Assembly: GCA_965153455.1 (NCBI GenBank)
Contig: OZ234493.1
Span: 18,776,213 to 18,840,212 of the forward strand
Source: Sphagnum compactum
Lineage: Eukaryota
Length of the DNA: 64,000 nucleotides
Direction: 5' to 3'
The first letter of the stretch is position 1, and each line of letters starts with the position of its first letter. The notes below the pieces were generated by a model. It ran no database searches and had not been told where the DNA came from. It was given only the letters and a program-made list of their open reading frames with translations. Shown here piece by piece: positions 22,606-36,689 of this stretch. A program made the position numbers and the translations under genes.

Positions 22606-25600
22606 GTTATAATTTTAAAAAGTCATGGAACAATGGTCAAAAGTTAAAACCAACACAAGAAGAACAACTCAAGAATTTTTTTTTGGGATACCCAACCAAA
22701 AACAAGGTTGAAAAAAAGATTACTCAAGATAATTGGGCACCAAAAACTCCTTTAAATGTTGCATGATTAATAAGAGGGGCTTCAATGAGTTGCAAATTAC
22801 GAAGTTGACTGGGGTCATTAAATGAAATGTTAAATTAACCAAGTGCGGTGAATGAATTACAATTTGAAATGTCAAAATTGTGACCTAATTCTTATACAAT
22901 GGAACATTGGCAAATCAAAAAGCCTCCCACCCAAATCTAGGAAGAATTTTTTAATGGTTAATTTTTAAATTGAACTTTTGAGCAAGGTCTATTGTCCTTT
23001 CACACTTAAGACAACACTTGTGGTGTTTGTATGGTTTGTTGTCAATTGTTCCTTTGTTACATAAAAAAACTTGGTTCCTTGTTTTAATACCAAAAAATCT
23101 AAGTTTTGGAGAGATTCCTCAAAAATTGTGAAGAAATTCTTTGTGAGGTTCCTCACAAATTGGGATGTGGAAACTCAATGTTTTCCAACTGAGAGGAAAA
23201 CATTGTAACAATATGCAAGATATCAGTCTTGTTGTGAACAATGTGAGTTAAAAATAGTGTTAAATGTTTTTATGTGGATGAAAGCAGAAAATGTTAATTC
23301 AGCTTTGTGGTAGATGCCAAAGGCATGGTGTTTCAAAGATGCTGAAAAGTTCATTTTTTTGCTTTTCTTTTTGGCTTGGTTTGTTGTTTTACAGGCTATT
23401 GTGGAATGTTTTGGTGTGCCGGTTTTAGTGATAGAGTGCAATCCTGACTACTAAATGGATACTTTTTATGAGCAGTGTGAATCACGGCTCTAGGAGAGGA
23501 TTGGTGCGAAGATTTCAGGGGAGCGAAGGAAGGTGGAGAAGAAGAAGTTATATGAAGTTGGCTGAGGGGGAGGAAGGTAGACTTTTGGCGAGGGGAAGAA
23601 GCTAAATTTCTCGTTTTTTGGCTAGTTAGGACATGTGGAGTTGTTTTGGAATTTGATAGAAATCAATTGGGGGCAGAAGTTGATCTAGACTTCTTCATCT
23701 CATGAACCTAACATTTGATCTTCCGCTGTGCCAAGAGCATCAGGAAGAGATTAGGTTGTCTAACATTTACATTTTAAGGACCAAAACAAGGGAAATGATG
23801 AATGAATCTAGGATTTCAGGAGCGGTTGTTGTGGCATTGTCATCTTTGACAGTTTGAGGCTATTAATGTGAATGTGCAATGTGGTCATTCTGAGAAGAGA
23901 GTACCTACTAGATAGTGGGAGCTCCAGGGATTTTGGGAACAAGGGGATACTGTGAAATGTATAAGATCGCACTCACCTATTATGTTCTTAGTCTCTGTCC
24001 AGCTTTTGAGAGAAACCATGTAATAATGTTGGGGTCACATTTGTGAGATTTCAATTGTTGAAATATGAGCTGTCACATTCATCAAACAACCAATTGGCTC
24101 CTTGAGAGGAAATCAAGAGAGGTCTCATCCCTTGAGGTCCATAGAACTAGAATAACAACATTTGATGTTTGTAAGGATCTAGATGTAGAAATAACACTTG
24201 TAATAACTTTTTTTCTATTACTGGAAACTTTTGCAAATCTTTTTGAGCTTATATACCCAATGTCAGGGATTTCCACACCAGAAATCATTATCCCCTTCTT
24301 TTTTGGTGACAAATGCTTTGTTATCTCTTGTAACTTTAGGCACAAAAACATGGTAACAATATACACAGTATCAATCTCCTTGCTAATAACAATGCTTACT
24401 TTACTCTCATAGGTGGTGACGAAAAATGAGCAACTATTTTAAGTTTGGAATGTGGCCTTGATGTTTGGAACCCTCCTAACCCTTGGGGCACTCAATCCAC
24501 CTTGATAAAAAAAAAGTGCCATTTAAAAGTCTCAAAAGTGGTCTGAAGTCTTAATGTCTTCAACCATCCTAATCAACACTTGTTAAGAATGAATATTTGC
24601 CACTTGGCTACAAAGAAATCCATTGCTACTCATACAAAGGGATTTTTGTGAAAGAAAAGCATGAAAGTCACCATTTTTGGAGGAAACAATTTCTGGAATG
24701 GCCACAATTGATTCAGACAAGATACAATGGATCACTCAATTTTTCAAAATTTTCTTCGTGATATAACTAGGGAGCTCTTATCCAATGGCATGCTGCCACA
24801 TTAGAGAGATTCTCCTTTACAATCAGTTATGGGATGAGCTCGCTTGTTCACATTATATGAATGTCATATTGGATCCATTACTGCATGTGGCTGCATTTGA
24901 GTGGATGAAAGTGACAATATATCTCATCATATATTGGGCACGGATCTCATTTGGCAGAGTCACCAGTCACGACTAGCAAAGCCAATGAAGATTTTCATAC
25001 TAAAACTAGCCATTTAAGGATATATAGGCTTTGAAATGTTTGGAATCCATGTAAGGGTAATGCTATATGGGCTTCAAAAATTTACCAATCTTGGTGAAGT
25101 TTAAGGCAAAATATTAACATTTGACCCATAATTGTATAGAAGCAATCCAAGTTTCGATTCGTAATCAGATGGCACCTTATGCAACAGGATTTTACTTCCT
25201 CTCATACTTAAGGTAAAGTGCTGCCTCTAATATCTTTCTGTCATTAAAGGAAATCTGGTTGGGTCTTCACACTAGGTGCAACCACGGGTGAGAGCGTCCC
25301 AAGATGCAACGCCATGCTCAGGTCCACTTTGCAACCAAGGAAATTTGGCCTTTTGGCACCTTGGACGGAATGTTGTGACCCACATAAGGTACTTTGCAGA
25401 CTGGTCAATGTTAGAGTATACACAAGAGAATTTCTTTGTGCCTAAATCTTTCTGCAGCCTCCGAATATAGTCATTCTGGTTACTAGGTAGAAGAGTATCA
25501 CATTGGGTCATGAGCTACTTGTTAGGATGAAAACAGTACACAGGAAACAAAGAGGGGATCAAACTAGTTTTCTTGGCTAAATTGGTGGTCACAGGAGTTT

Positions 25601-28600
25601 TTCCACCTCTGGTTTTGGATTTGCATTACCTGGACCTTAACTGCTTGCTCATATTCTTCATTAGTTTGAAGTGTTGTCAGGGACAAAAAAGGCCTGTAAA
25701 CCCAGTTTCATCAAATGGTACCCAATTTCACTAACTTTCCAGCTACACTCAAGGTGGAATTTGGGATTGGAACAGGGATGAGAACCCAATACCAGAACGA
25801 GACTGGTATGAAAGTTTTAAAAGAGGATGTTTGTGTCCCAAGGCCCATATTCAAAGGGTGCATGCAGTCCTAGGTCCATTTGGAACATGAACCAGATAAT
25901 GTGGACTAAAAAGTTTATTCTACATAGCATTTGATTTGGATAGTGTGTATGAACTCAAAGGGCATAATAGTGAAGGGATGAACTTCTCAAATGTCAATCG
26001 TCAAAACATGATTAAGGCCAACAACATGATAAAAAGACATTAGATTTTCTTAACCTTTGAACCAAAGCTTTGATCCAACTATTAAGAAGAACTATCCCCA
26101 ATGACGTCCTTCATGGGTGGCCTTGATCTTCCACCCACATTGCCCATGATGATGAGAAGTTAGAATGGAACCTTTGTTGAGTTAGATGAATGTGATTCGA
26201 CTTCATAGCTGCAGCTTGTAGGGCCCATAGGGCTTGTGTGAAAATCATCCAGGAACTTAAATCGACACCAGTGGAAATATAGTGGGTTTTGCTCATACTA
26301 ATAAGCATATGCTACCATTTGGACAAATTGCAAAGAAATGTTCTCTTGTTCTGTTTGAGTTTAAACTTTGTTTGAAATATTGAAAGAAAAGATTTGAAGC
26401 ATTGTGCATTATTTTAATCTTTGATCTAGGTGATTGAAGGCTCATGGAGATGTGATTTAGATGTTTTGTAGGTTAGGTGTATTAATGTGTAACCCCTTTT
26501 GTCGAAGTAGTGTGCATATGTTGCAGGAATGAAATCTAGTATACTCATCTCTTTGATGCTATACATTTCTTATTTTCCACTTTTCTTGTTTAAGCAAAGC
26601 AAGCATATGAATGATTCTACAATGTGTAGAATGATGTACTAGAAACAACTAGGGTTGAATGCCATCACTTGCGGCTGAACAACTACGCAAGCATCAACCC
26701 CAGCGCTTGCATGCTCTTTGACTTACAAGTCCTCATTTTGATTTCAAAGATTTTTTTTTCTGCTGCACTGTTGCTTCCCAGATTCTTTGGATCTGTTTCT
26801 CTAGCCCCTTTTTAAAATAAAAAGCCTTAGTCGGTTGTAAAGAAGAACTACACTTGACCCTTGTCTAAAACTGACATACATCCATTGACTTAAAAAACCT
26901 ACTTTAGAAACCAAACAGAGTCTAGAGTTTGCTATGGCAATCTGAAGCTGGGCCAGCCATGGTACCTTCACTAAGGACTCTGAAACTACTGATGAGTCAT
27001 GACTCTACTGTTATGAGAACTTACATGCAGCTGACTTGCACCTACACCCAATTTGTTTGCAATATGTGAAAATTGTTTATTAGCATATATAATCAATGCT
27101 ATCTCCAAAATATTACATGTTGAATGTTGTAGAATGGATTTGTGTGAACTCTTGTTTTTCAAAAAATGAACCACAGTGTAGTAGTGCATTTACCCTTCCC
27201 TTGAGGATTCACCCATGTCTTATAACAAATTCCCACCATAATATGTGTAGTCTCCCTATTCTCACCACCTGATTTTAAGCTATTGTCTGCTTTCCTGGAC
27301 ACTGGAGAAATCCTAGATGCTTGACATCATTCAATTTGTAGCACCATCAAATATTTTGTCAAACTCCGACTCATGTCAAGTATTTGTTGTTGAATATTAG
27401 TTTCCTATAATTATATTGTGTTGGAACCCAGTTCAATGTGAATGCTGATTTAGCTTTCTCTTGTTTGGAGGGTTATCTGCAATGAAGTGTCTCTAGAGCC
27501 TCATCCTTGGTATCATTAAAAGTTGAACATCTTCTAAGCCCTTTTTGCTTCAAAAATGAATTTGTATCGAAAAAAAAAAAACTACACATCTTGCAAAAGC
27601 ATGGGTAGAAAATGTTTACCAACAGTTACATATCTTCAAAGACTCTCCTATCTTTCACATCTTTTTATACAATGTAAATTTGCTCAGAGTGCAGCACTAT
27701 TGGCACAGATCCAACAAGTGACTATATGCATATTAAAACCAGAATTGTGGTCCCACAATTTTTTGCCCTTGAAGGGAATTGAATGAAGCCTTCAAATTTA
27801 AGGCTTCAACTTTGGAGAGTCGTGGTTCCTTGTGTGGCTTGGACTGTGACTTGTGGGGCGCCACCACCCTACTTTTCTCTTACAAATGTGTATATAGCTT
27901 TTTCTTCTTTCCCTTTGGTCTCTGAGGCATGTCTTTGTGTCTTATTATCACTCAGTTTCTTTTTTCCCCCATTGAAAACTTGGAAAGACAGTTGTAAGTC
28001 TCTGCACCGTTGTTTCCCTTGAATCAAAGTTGTATTTTTGTCTCCAATATTCATGATCTCCCAAGGCCGGTACCACTACAGACAGCAAATTTTGTGTTGT
28101 TTGGAGAAACCCATGCATGAGCTTGATTGTTGTCTTGGTGAAATTTATTATTTCTGCAACATCATGTCTTTGCAGCTTGTCTGATGGTGAACTGGGAATT
28201 ATTCACACGCCAGCTCAATATTTGAGCTCATGCAGCAATATTCATGGGAGTTTACTGTATTGAAGTGAGCTGAGTACTAAATTGGTTTTGCAGCTGTAAC
28301 ATAGTTGGAGGGAGAAATCTCACTGTCATTCAACTGTGCATGCAGATTGCAGTAAATTTGCTTCTTGGAGCTCTTCATGAAACCCTGAGAACTTTGAAGG
28401 GAGAGAAATTTTGCTCCAGCCAGGAGATTCCCTAGGTTTTATCCTGAGGATTGTCTCTTAGCAAAGTTCCATAATCTCAAGAAATTATTTTCCTCGTGTA
28501 ACATTTGGTTCTCCTTTCTGAGAAAATGAAGCTTCTGAGGAGAGAGAAGACTCCAGTCCATAGTAGAATCACCATCTTGAGAGACATGCTTGCAGTCTTC

Positions 28601-28634
28601 TGGAGTGTATAGTCTCCACTAATACCTCTCTCTT

Positions 28635-29388
28635 GTTGACAATGAATCTGGAGCTTTTAGTGTTTTGATACCACAAAGGTTCCGGTTTCAAACCTGCTAA
28701 TCAGAAAGTGAAAGCTCTATTGTGTCCTCTCCTGTTGGAGTATTATTCCAGTTCCACAATATTTAGATCACTTCATATGAGTTTTTGTCAACAATGAAAT
28801 CCAAAGCTTTCAATGGTACTGCAGTCCCTATTTGGTACCACAAAGGTTGAATATTTAGATTATTTCATGTGAGTTTTTGTAGACAATGAAATCCAGAGTG
28901 CAGTCCCTATTTGGTACCACAAAGATCTCAGTTTCAAACCTGTTGATGAGTAGGTGAAAGCCCTGTCCTCTACCTCTGAACTATTGTTCCGATTCCACAA
29001 AAGCTTGAATGTTTAGATCATTTCAGGCAAGCTTTTGTCAACAAATGAAATCCAGTGATATAGCCCCTGTTTGGTACAACAAAGGTTTCGGTTTCAAACC
29101 CATTGATGAGTAGGTCAAAGCCAAGTCGTTGTGTCCTTTGCCACTAGACAATTGTTTCTGTTCCACAAAAGCCTGAATGGTCAGATCACTTCAGTTCAAT
29201 GCAAGCTTTTGTCAACAATGAGATCCAAAAACTTTCAATGATACTAGTACAGTCCCTGTTTGGTGTCACGAAGGTTTTGGGTTCAAACCTGTTGATGAGT
29301 AGGTGAAAGCCTTGCCTTGCCCTTTGCGACTGGACTATTGTTTGGGTTCCACAAAAGCTTGAATGTTTAGATCACTTTGACATGCAAA
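28635..29388. repeat. Degenerate tandem repeat, 5 units of ~90-175 bp, upstream of the CAT pseudogene
   Basis: Units share ACAATGAAATCCA, GTCCCT(A/G)TTTGGTACCACAAAG, TTTCAAACC, GATGAGTAGGTGAAAGCC and TTCCACAAAAGCTTGAAT..TTAGATCA. Unit 2 has an internal deletion. Confidence 0.85.
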
Positions 29389-29542
29389 GAGTCTACTTGC
29401 TGTAGCAGGCCATCATCAGGGGTTTACACTCATGGGGGACAATATGTTGAAGGTCCTTATCAAATTGTTATAGATCTGCAGGAACCAGACTTGTAGCTGC
29501 TGATTGGAGTGAGTGACTAGCATTGTTGCTGCCAACTGCACC

Positions 29543-31793
29543 ATGACGAAAGAGAGTGTATGGCTACCGGAGGAGTCTTTCCAGAGCTTCCCCAACTATA
29601 AGAGGGCGTTGTTCGTAATGCCGGAGAGACTGAGGGACAGGGTTTTGGCAAGAGCGAATGTGCAAGAGGAGATGGAGGCTCGGAGTGGAAACACCATGAA
29701 GCGGACACTCAATTGGTGGGATCTCATGTGGTTTGGTGTGGGTGCTGTCATTGGGGCAGGCATCTTCGTCATCACGGGACAGGAAGCCAATAGAACAGCA
29801 GGCCCTGCGATCATCATCTCCTACGCGCTCGCGAGAATCTCTGCCATGCTCTCTGTCTTTTGCTACACTGAAGTCGCTGTTGAGATTCCTGTCGCTGGTA
29901 AGCTTTTCGTCTTCTCTGCAAGTCTCTTGCTCACAGATAACAACCCAATCCTTCCTTTTGATCAAAACCCAATACTGGAAACTTCAAAAGTTCAAAATCC
30001 CAAGCTTCGAAAACAGGAAGAAGAGGTAAAAATTTCTTAATTAAGGAAACAAGAGAACAGGAAGATGGGTAATAGTAGTTTCTAAAGAAAGAAACTTGCA
30101 ACAGCAACAGAGACGCTCAACAAGGAAAGTTTGGTACTTACCCTCTTTGCAAACTGGAGATTGAGCCTTTTACTTTTTAAGGAAAGAAAAATAGAAAGAT
30201 AAAATCCTGGACATGATTTGAAGAAGTTGTTCCAATTGAGGCAACTGTTCTCAGTATGTGATTATCATCAGGTTGTAAGATTCTGTTAAAGGAATTCCAG
30301 AAGATGTCAATGCAGATTTTCTTGAAGAGGAGATGCCAGCCTATATGGCAAAGGTTTGAGTTGCATCCACAAGTGATGAAGGTGGTGACAATTTTTTGGG
30401 TCTGAATGTAGGGGGATCATTTCCCTACTTACGAGTCGAGCTGGGGGACTTCATTGCCTTCGTTGGAGCTGGAAACATCATTCTCGAATACATTGTTGGA
30501 GGTGCCGCAGTTGCCTGTGGTTGGATGTCTTACTTTGCGACTCTCATCAACAAAGATCCATCACAACTTCAGATTGAACCAACCTCACTTCTGGCTACAA
30601 TCAATTTGCCCTAATTGCCATAGGAATCCTCATTGCCACTGGAGCAGTTGCAATCTGGAGCACCAAGGGTACCTCCTATCTCAACTGGGTTGCTACATTT
30701 GTCAACATGTTTATCATCATCTTTGTCATCAGTTTCATTCCTGGCACATGCAAAAGCAGAGAACTACAAACAATTTTTGTGTTACGGTGTTAGGGGAATC
30801 TTCAGTGCAATATCTGTGCTCTTCTTTGCGTACTTGGGTTTTGATGCAGTTTTGACAATGGCAGAACAAACAAAAAACCCAGGACAAGACATTCCCATTG
30901 GGTTGCTTGGCTCAATGACAATATGCACAGTCTTGTATGTTCTCATGGCACTCACCTTGTGCTCAATGGTGTCAACACCTGAGATTGACCAAAATGCTCC
31001 ATACTCAGTAGCATTCCAAACAGTTGGCATGAGTTGGGCAAAATATGTTCTCCCCCTTGGAACTTCGAAGGGGATTACAACTGTGTTGCTTGTTGGTGCA
31101 GTTGGGCAAGCTCAATACCTCACACATATTGTCCACTCATGTCATTCCACCTTGGTTCAGCCTTGTAAACAAATGAACTGTTGTCATTCCACCAATGCAA
31201 CAGCAAGCATGATACTTGCAAGGGCAATCATTGCCTTCTTCACTGAGCTAGCCATCCTTGGCAATTTACTTTCACTGAGTAGCCTCTTCATTTTCTTCCT
31301 TGTGTTGGCATTCTTGTATGACGATACTACATTCCTGGAGTAAGGACCAAAAAGAATGGAGCCCTTTTCTTCTTCTTCCTCTTCATCATTATTGCTTCTT
31401 CAATAGTGATTGGAGCTTACTGGGGTTTGAGTGCAAATGGCTGGATATTGTATGCAATTTTCTTACCTGTGTGGTTTATTGGCACCTTGGGCCTGGCTTC
31501 ATTTGTGCCCCAAGTATGAAAGCCAACGATCTGGGGTGTTCCACTTGTGCCATGGGTTCCATCTCTCTCAGTGGCGCCCAACATTTTCCTCCTTGGAACC
31601 CTTGATAGATTATCATTCATTCGGTTTGGAGTCTGGACTGCTGCAATATTAGTGTACCATTTTTTCTTTGGCCTTCATGCTCGTACAACACTGCAATCTA
31701 GCAGAGGAGGAGATTGAACAGTACAAGCTCCAAGAGGCAGAGGAAGGTCAAAACCTCAAAACTGATAACCCTGCAGCACAAGAGATGAACTAA
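29543..31793 (+). pseudogene. Cationic amino acid transporter (APC/CAT family) pseudogene
   Basis: Exon 1 29543-29897 (WLPEESFQS..MKRTLNWWDLMWFGVGAVIGAGIF..AGPAI..FCYTEVAVEIPVAG, donor GTAAG). Exon 2 from 30412 (GGSFPYLRVELGDFIAF..GNIILEY..FFAYLGFDAV..KNPGQDIPIGLLGSM..WGVPLVPWVPSLSV). Exon 2 changes frame several times (about 30590, 30735, 31135, 31300) and has a stop near 31698. Confidence 0.88.
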
Positions 31794-32629
31794 ATCCCTG
31801 CATCTGAGCCAATTGAGCATGTGGGATAAGAATAGTACTAGTATTCTACATATTGAAAACCATCATGAGCAAAAAAACATAAAAGGGCCCATTTGTCTCT
31901 ATAGTACAGACTACAGGCAGAAAGAAGTCTGGAATTCATAATTGACTACCAATTCCAAGTGTGGAACAAAGCCTGAACTGTGCTAGAAGGAAGGAACCAC
32001 ATCAAGATTGGACTATCTTAGTCGTATTTGATTCATCAAGTCTAAATTGTAAACTGCATTTTCTTTGTTGATGTCATGGGTTTGCATAGACAGCATCTAA
32101 CTCTAATAAGACATTTTAACGAAAGAGGTCCTGTCCATTTGTCTTTTCATTGAACTGGAAAAAGAGAGAGAGAAGAAAACTGTAAAATTTCCAAGCATTT
32201 GAGACGTCAAAATGTCATAGGATTGTCTACCTGTTTGGTGCATCTTTTCCCAGATGCACTGCACAGGATTAGCCTCAGCAAAAACTACTTGAAAACAGTA
32301 AAACAAGAACTTTACCACATGTGAGTCTTCAAGACACAATGGAGCTATTGGCTGCAGCTATGGAAACTCACAATCTTTGTCAATCCTGATAATCAATGAA
32401 ACTAAGTTGTCTCTCCACATTGTAAAACATCTTGTGCCTTGGAGAATTTTCTTAGAATCAACTTCAAAAAAGAGATTTACACCTAAATTGAATGCAGTGG
32501 ATAGAATGTACCTCTTCATTTTCTGGACATTATGAGGCACAAGGTTGATTGTCAATGTTTTGTCCATGAGGAGCAGCTTCCAATTACATTTTCAGCAGTG
32601 ATAATTGGCACATCACACAGCACATGCCA

Positions 32630-32795
32630 AGCTCAAGAAAGTCAGAAACCCACATCTGCAAAAATATGGACCCCTCTCAGATCAGAGCTTAAAATCATAC
32701 CCACTTGAGCAGAAAGTCAGAACCCACATGCAAAAATGGAACCCTCTCAAATTGGAGCTGAGCATACCCACAAGAGAGCATACCTCTCAAATCGA
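32630..32795. repeat. Short tandem duplication (~75 bp x2) upstream of HSP70
   Basis: AGAAAGTCAGAA(A)CCCACAT..GCAAAAAT..GGA.CCCTCTCA..GAGCT..CATACCCAC occurs twice, at about 32636 and 32711. Confidence 0.6.
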
Positions 32796-33245
32796 ACCTT
32801 TGTTCTCTGATAATGCTCATTGTGCACTCTTCCATGCAGTCAACTCTGCAGAACATGATTCTCACATTTAATTCCCATCTGCTCAGCTAAAGTACAAGCC
32901 ACACATTAAGGCAAGCTTCTTCAACCCACAGTTCAGGCAATATTCTGAAGTTCAGAAGCTCATCAGGAAACCAGTGCCACAGGACCTACCAAAATTCCAC
33001 TCAATATGTATCTCAGGGAACTGTGCACCAGCTCAAGCAGCTGTGAAGATCACCCAGTTCTAACACATTGACTGGAAAAGCAAAAGGTAAGGAAAACCAA
33101 TCAGATTTTCCTCCTAAATCTGTGAGAATTTCATGCACTAAACAGGGAGAGCATGCGATCACAGCCAATTCCAGGCGCTGAGAACTTGCCACAACATGGA
33201 GTCCGAGCTCTCAGCAGAAATGGAAAGTATCTATTTCACGCGCTT

Positions 33246-33286
33246 GTTCTCGAGGCTTCCACAGCCAAAGTTTCCACAGCTATAAT
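33246..33286 (+). promoter_or_regulatory. Heat-shock-element-like site plus TATA box of HSP70
   Basis: gTTCtcGAGgcTTCc (33246-33260; nTTCn-nGAAn-nTTCn with one mismatch), then TATAAT at 33281. A probable 5'UTR intron follows (GTAAGT at about 33367 to CAG at about 33451/33455). Confidence 0.5.
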
Positions 33287-33537
33287 TTGGTCTCTTCTTC
33301 TTGCCAGACTCGCGTTGTGCAACAACATTCTGCAAAGCGCTTTCGATCTGATTCTCGCTTCTTAAAGTAAGTCTTGTCTTGCTGCTTGTAGAGGAAGGAG
33401 ATTGTGTGCTCTCGGTCTTGTGAATCTGAGCGCGATCAATCGTCGTTGCAGGCAGGTTCAGTGGTGCAGTTCCAGAAACGATTTGCTAGAACTAGGATTG
33501 CGATTTTGGCGAGGGAAGGGGAAGGAAGAAAACGGAC

Positions 33538-35691
33538 ATGGCTGGAGAAGGACCTGCGATCGGCATCGATCTCGGAACCACGTACAGCTGCGTGGGAGTG
33601 TGGCGACACGATCGTGTCGAGATCATTGCTAACGAACAGGGAAATCGAACAACTCCTTCGTATGTTGCGTTCACGGATACCGAGCGTCTCGTCGGCGAGG
33701 CGGCGAAGAATCAAGTCGCCGTGAATCCGCAGAACACAGTTTTCGGTAAGAGCATCGCACTTGTTGTTGATCTCTTGATTGCAAATCCGATTCTCCATGC
33801 CGCGTTCATGCTGGATCATGTTTAGGTTGCATGCTCGGAAGAATTCTCAGATGAAGAGACTCCTTCTTCTTGCTTGAAGATCTGATCTGAAATGGACGCC
33901 ATGCTGCGTACTTCTTTTGCTGGACCTGCTGCAGATGTCAAGCGGTTGATCGGAAGGCGTTACAGCGATCCTTCTGTACAGAGCGACATGAAACTCTGGC
34001 CGTTCCGAGTCATCCCTGGACCCGATGCCAAACCGATCATCGTGGTGAGCTTCAAAGGCGAGGAAAAGAAATTCACTCCGGAAGAGATATCGGCGATGGT
34101 GTTGACGAAGATGAAGGAGATTGCGGAGACGTACCTGGGCAAGACGGTGAAGAATGCAGTCGTTACGGTTCCTGCGTACTTCAACGACTCTCAGCGGCAA
34201 GCGACGAAGGACGCCGCTGTCATTGCTGGTCTCAACGTGCTCCGCATGATCAATGAGCCGACTGCTGCTGCTATTGCCTACGGCTTGGACAAGAAAGCGA
34301 AGTCCTCTGGAGAGAAGAACATCCTCATCTTCGATCTCGGAGGAGGTACCTTCGATGTCTCACTGCTGACGATCGAGGAAGGCATTTTCGAGGTGAAGTC
34401 CACAGCAGGCGACACACACCTTGGCGGCGAGGATTTCGACAATAGGATGGTGAACCACTTCGTGCAGGAGTTCAAGAGGAAGTACAAGAAAGACATCTCT
34501 GGAAACGCCAGAGCTCTTCGCCGTCTACGCACAGCATGCGAGCGCGCGAAGAGGACATTGTCTTCAACCGCGCAGACGACGATCGAGATCGACTCGCTTT
34601 ACGAAGGCGTGGATTTCTACTCGACTATCACAAGAGCCAGATTTGAGGAGTTGAACATGGATTTGTTCAGAAAATGCATGGAGCCGGTGGAGAAATGCTT
34701 ACGGGATGGGAAGATGGACAAGGGACAAGTGAACGAAGTCGTGCTGGTCGGAGGCTCCACTCGCATTCCTAAAGTCCAAAACCTTCTGATGGATTTCTTC
34801 AACGGAAAGGAGCTCTGCAAGAGCATCAACCCCGATGAGGCAGTTGCGTATGGAGCTGCTGTGCAAGCAGCCATTCTGACAGGAGAAGGTGATTCCAAAG
34901 TCCAGGATCTGTTGCTACTGGACGTCGCACCTCTCAGTCTTGGTCTAGAAACTGCAGGTGGTGTCATGACAACGTTGATCCCCAGAAACACCACAATTCC
35001 TACGAAGAAGGAGCAAGTATTCTCGACTTACGCAGACAATCAACCCGGTGTGCTGATCCAAGTGTACGAGGGCGAGAGAGCAAGAACCAGAGACAACAAC
35101 CTCCTCGGCAAGTTCGAGCTCTCCGGCATTCCACCAGCTCCGAGAGGAGTACCACAAGTGAACGTGGTTTTCGACATCGATGCAAACGGCATTCTCAATG
35201 TAGCAGCAGAAGACAAGACGGCAGGAGTGAAGAACAGAATCACTATTACGAACGACAAGGGGAGACTAAGCAAGGATGACATTGAGAAGATGGTGCAAGA
35301 TGCAGAGAAATACAAAGCGGAAGACGAGGAGGTGAAGAGGAAAGTGGAAGCCAAGAACGCACTGGAGAATTACGCTTACAATATGAGGAATACGATCAGG
35401 GACGACAAGCTTGCAGGGAAGTTAAGCGAAGACGACAAACAGAAGATCGAGAAGGCAGTGGAGGAAGCGATTCACTGGCTGGACCAGAATCAATTGGCGG
35501 AAGTCGACGAATTCCAGCACAAGCAGAAAGAGTTGGAGTCCGTTTGCAACCCGATCATCGCGCGCATGTATCAAGGAGACGCCGGCGGCCCTGGTGCCGA
35601 AAACGCTTACGGTGGCGGTGGAGCATATGGCGCTTCTGGAGACGCTTCTGCAGGAGCTGGTCCAGGCCCTAAGATCGAAGAAGTCGACTAA
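33538..35691 (+). CDS. HSP70: Cytosolic heat shock protein 70 (HSC70 type), 2 coding exons, about 654 aa
   Basis: Exon 1 33538-33745 ([30 protein letters not shown]), intron at the usual plant position, exon 2 33935-35691 ([27 protein letters not shown]-terminal GPKIEEVD). Confidence 0.98.
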
Positions 35692-36388
35692 TAAGAGCTT
35701 TGCAAAAAAATTCCTCCTACTCACTGGTGCTACCGGGCGGTGCTCTTGTCTGAAATCTTGAGGTAAAAAAAAAACTCCCATCTCTTCAATTTATACAAAA
35801 GAAAAGATCCGTTTTTGATCTAGTATCCCATGATCGCTTGAATCCTCCTGCATTTCAAGCAGTGCCCAATTTTACTGAGGACTGAGTGAAGAAGACATCA
35901 CATGTGGGTAGTAGTAGTGTAGTAGAAGTCTTCAGAAGACAGACTCTTGAGGATTCAACTTGTTTTGAATGTTCATACAAATTGTCATGTTATGTTTGTA
36001 TTCATTTTGTACAATCCACTACTTTCCAATTGTGAAGTAAATCAATTTCAGTTTTGTTCCGAATTTCAAGAGTCTTCAACACTTCATCAAAGAGGTAGAC
36101 AATATACATATGTATATATATATATATATGTTGTCAACTTCTTTGAACTGTGCTTGCAGAATGTTAGTCAAGTGTAACTGTAGCTCTGATCATGAGTAGA
36201 TTGGGATGTGAAACTGTTGCACTGCAAAGCTCCCAAGTCTCCTGCTATGTTTTCTTAATTTGCTGTGGAATGGTTGAGGCCTTGCCTATTATATTATTAT
36301 GTTGGGTAAGGTGGAAGGTGAGCTTGTTATATAGGCCGAGCTTGAGAACTTTGTTAGGGTGAGCTCCGTGTTTTGTACCCAACATAAT

Positions 36389-36628
36389 GGGTAATGGCGA
36401 GACCATTCCATGACATAACGGGCAATGGCGAGACCATTCCATGACATAACAGGCAATGGCGAGACCATTCCATGACATAACGGGCAATGGCGAGACCATT
36501 CCATGACATAACAGGCAATGGCGAGACCATTTCATGACATAACGAGCAATGGCGAGACCATTCCATGACATAATGGGCAATGGCAAGACTATTCCATGAC
36601 ATTAATGGGCAATGGTGAGACCATTCCC
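36389..36628. repeat. 31-bp minisatellite, 8 copies
   Basis: Consensus RGGCAATGGCGAGACCATTCCATGACATAAC with starts at 36389, 36420, 36451, 36482, 36513, 36544, 36575 and 36607. No spacers between copies. Confidence 0.95.
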
Positions 36629-36689
36629 TAACATCTGGGGTTGGCAGATTCAATGATTTGAAAAAAAGCTCGTGTTTAACACACAAATT

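Noticed and set aside
33892-35691. 599-aa ORF as the complete HSP70
   Set aside because: Its first 14 codons are intronic. The true start is 33538 with splicing from 33745 to 33935.
33847-35781. Several minus-strand ORFs over HSP70
   Set aside because: Antisense shadows caused by HSP70 codon bias; no independent motifs.
36389-36628. CRISPR-like array of 31-bp palindromic repeats
   Set aside because: Copies are head-to-tail with no unique spacers, there are no cas genes, and the context is eukaryotic. It is a minisatellite, and the ORFs at 36245-36722 are by-products of it.
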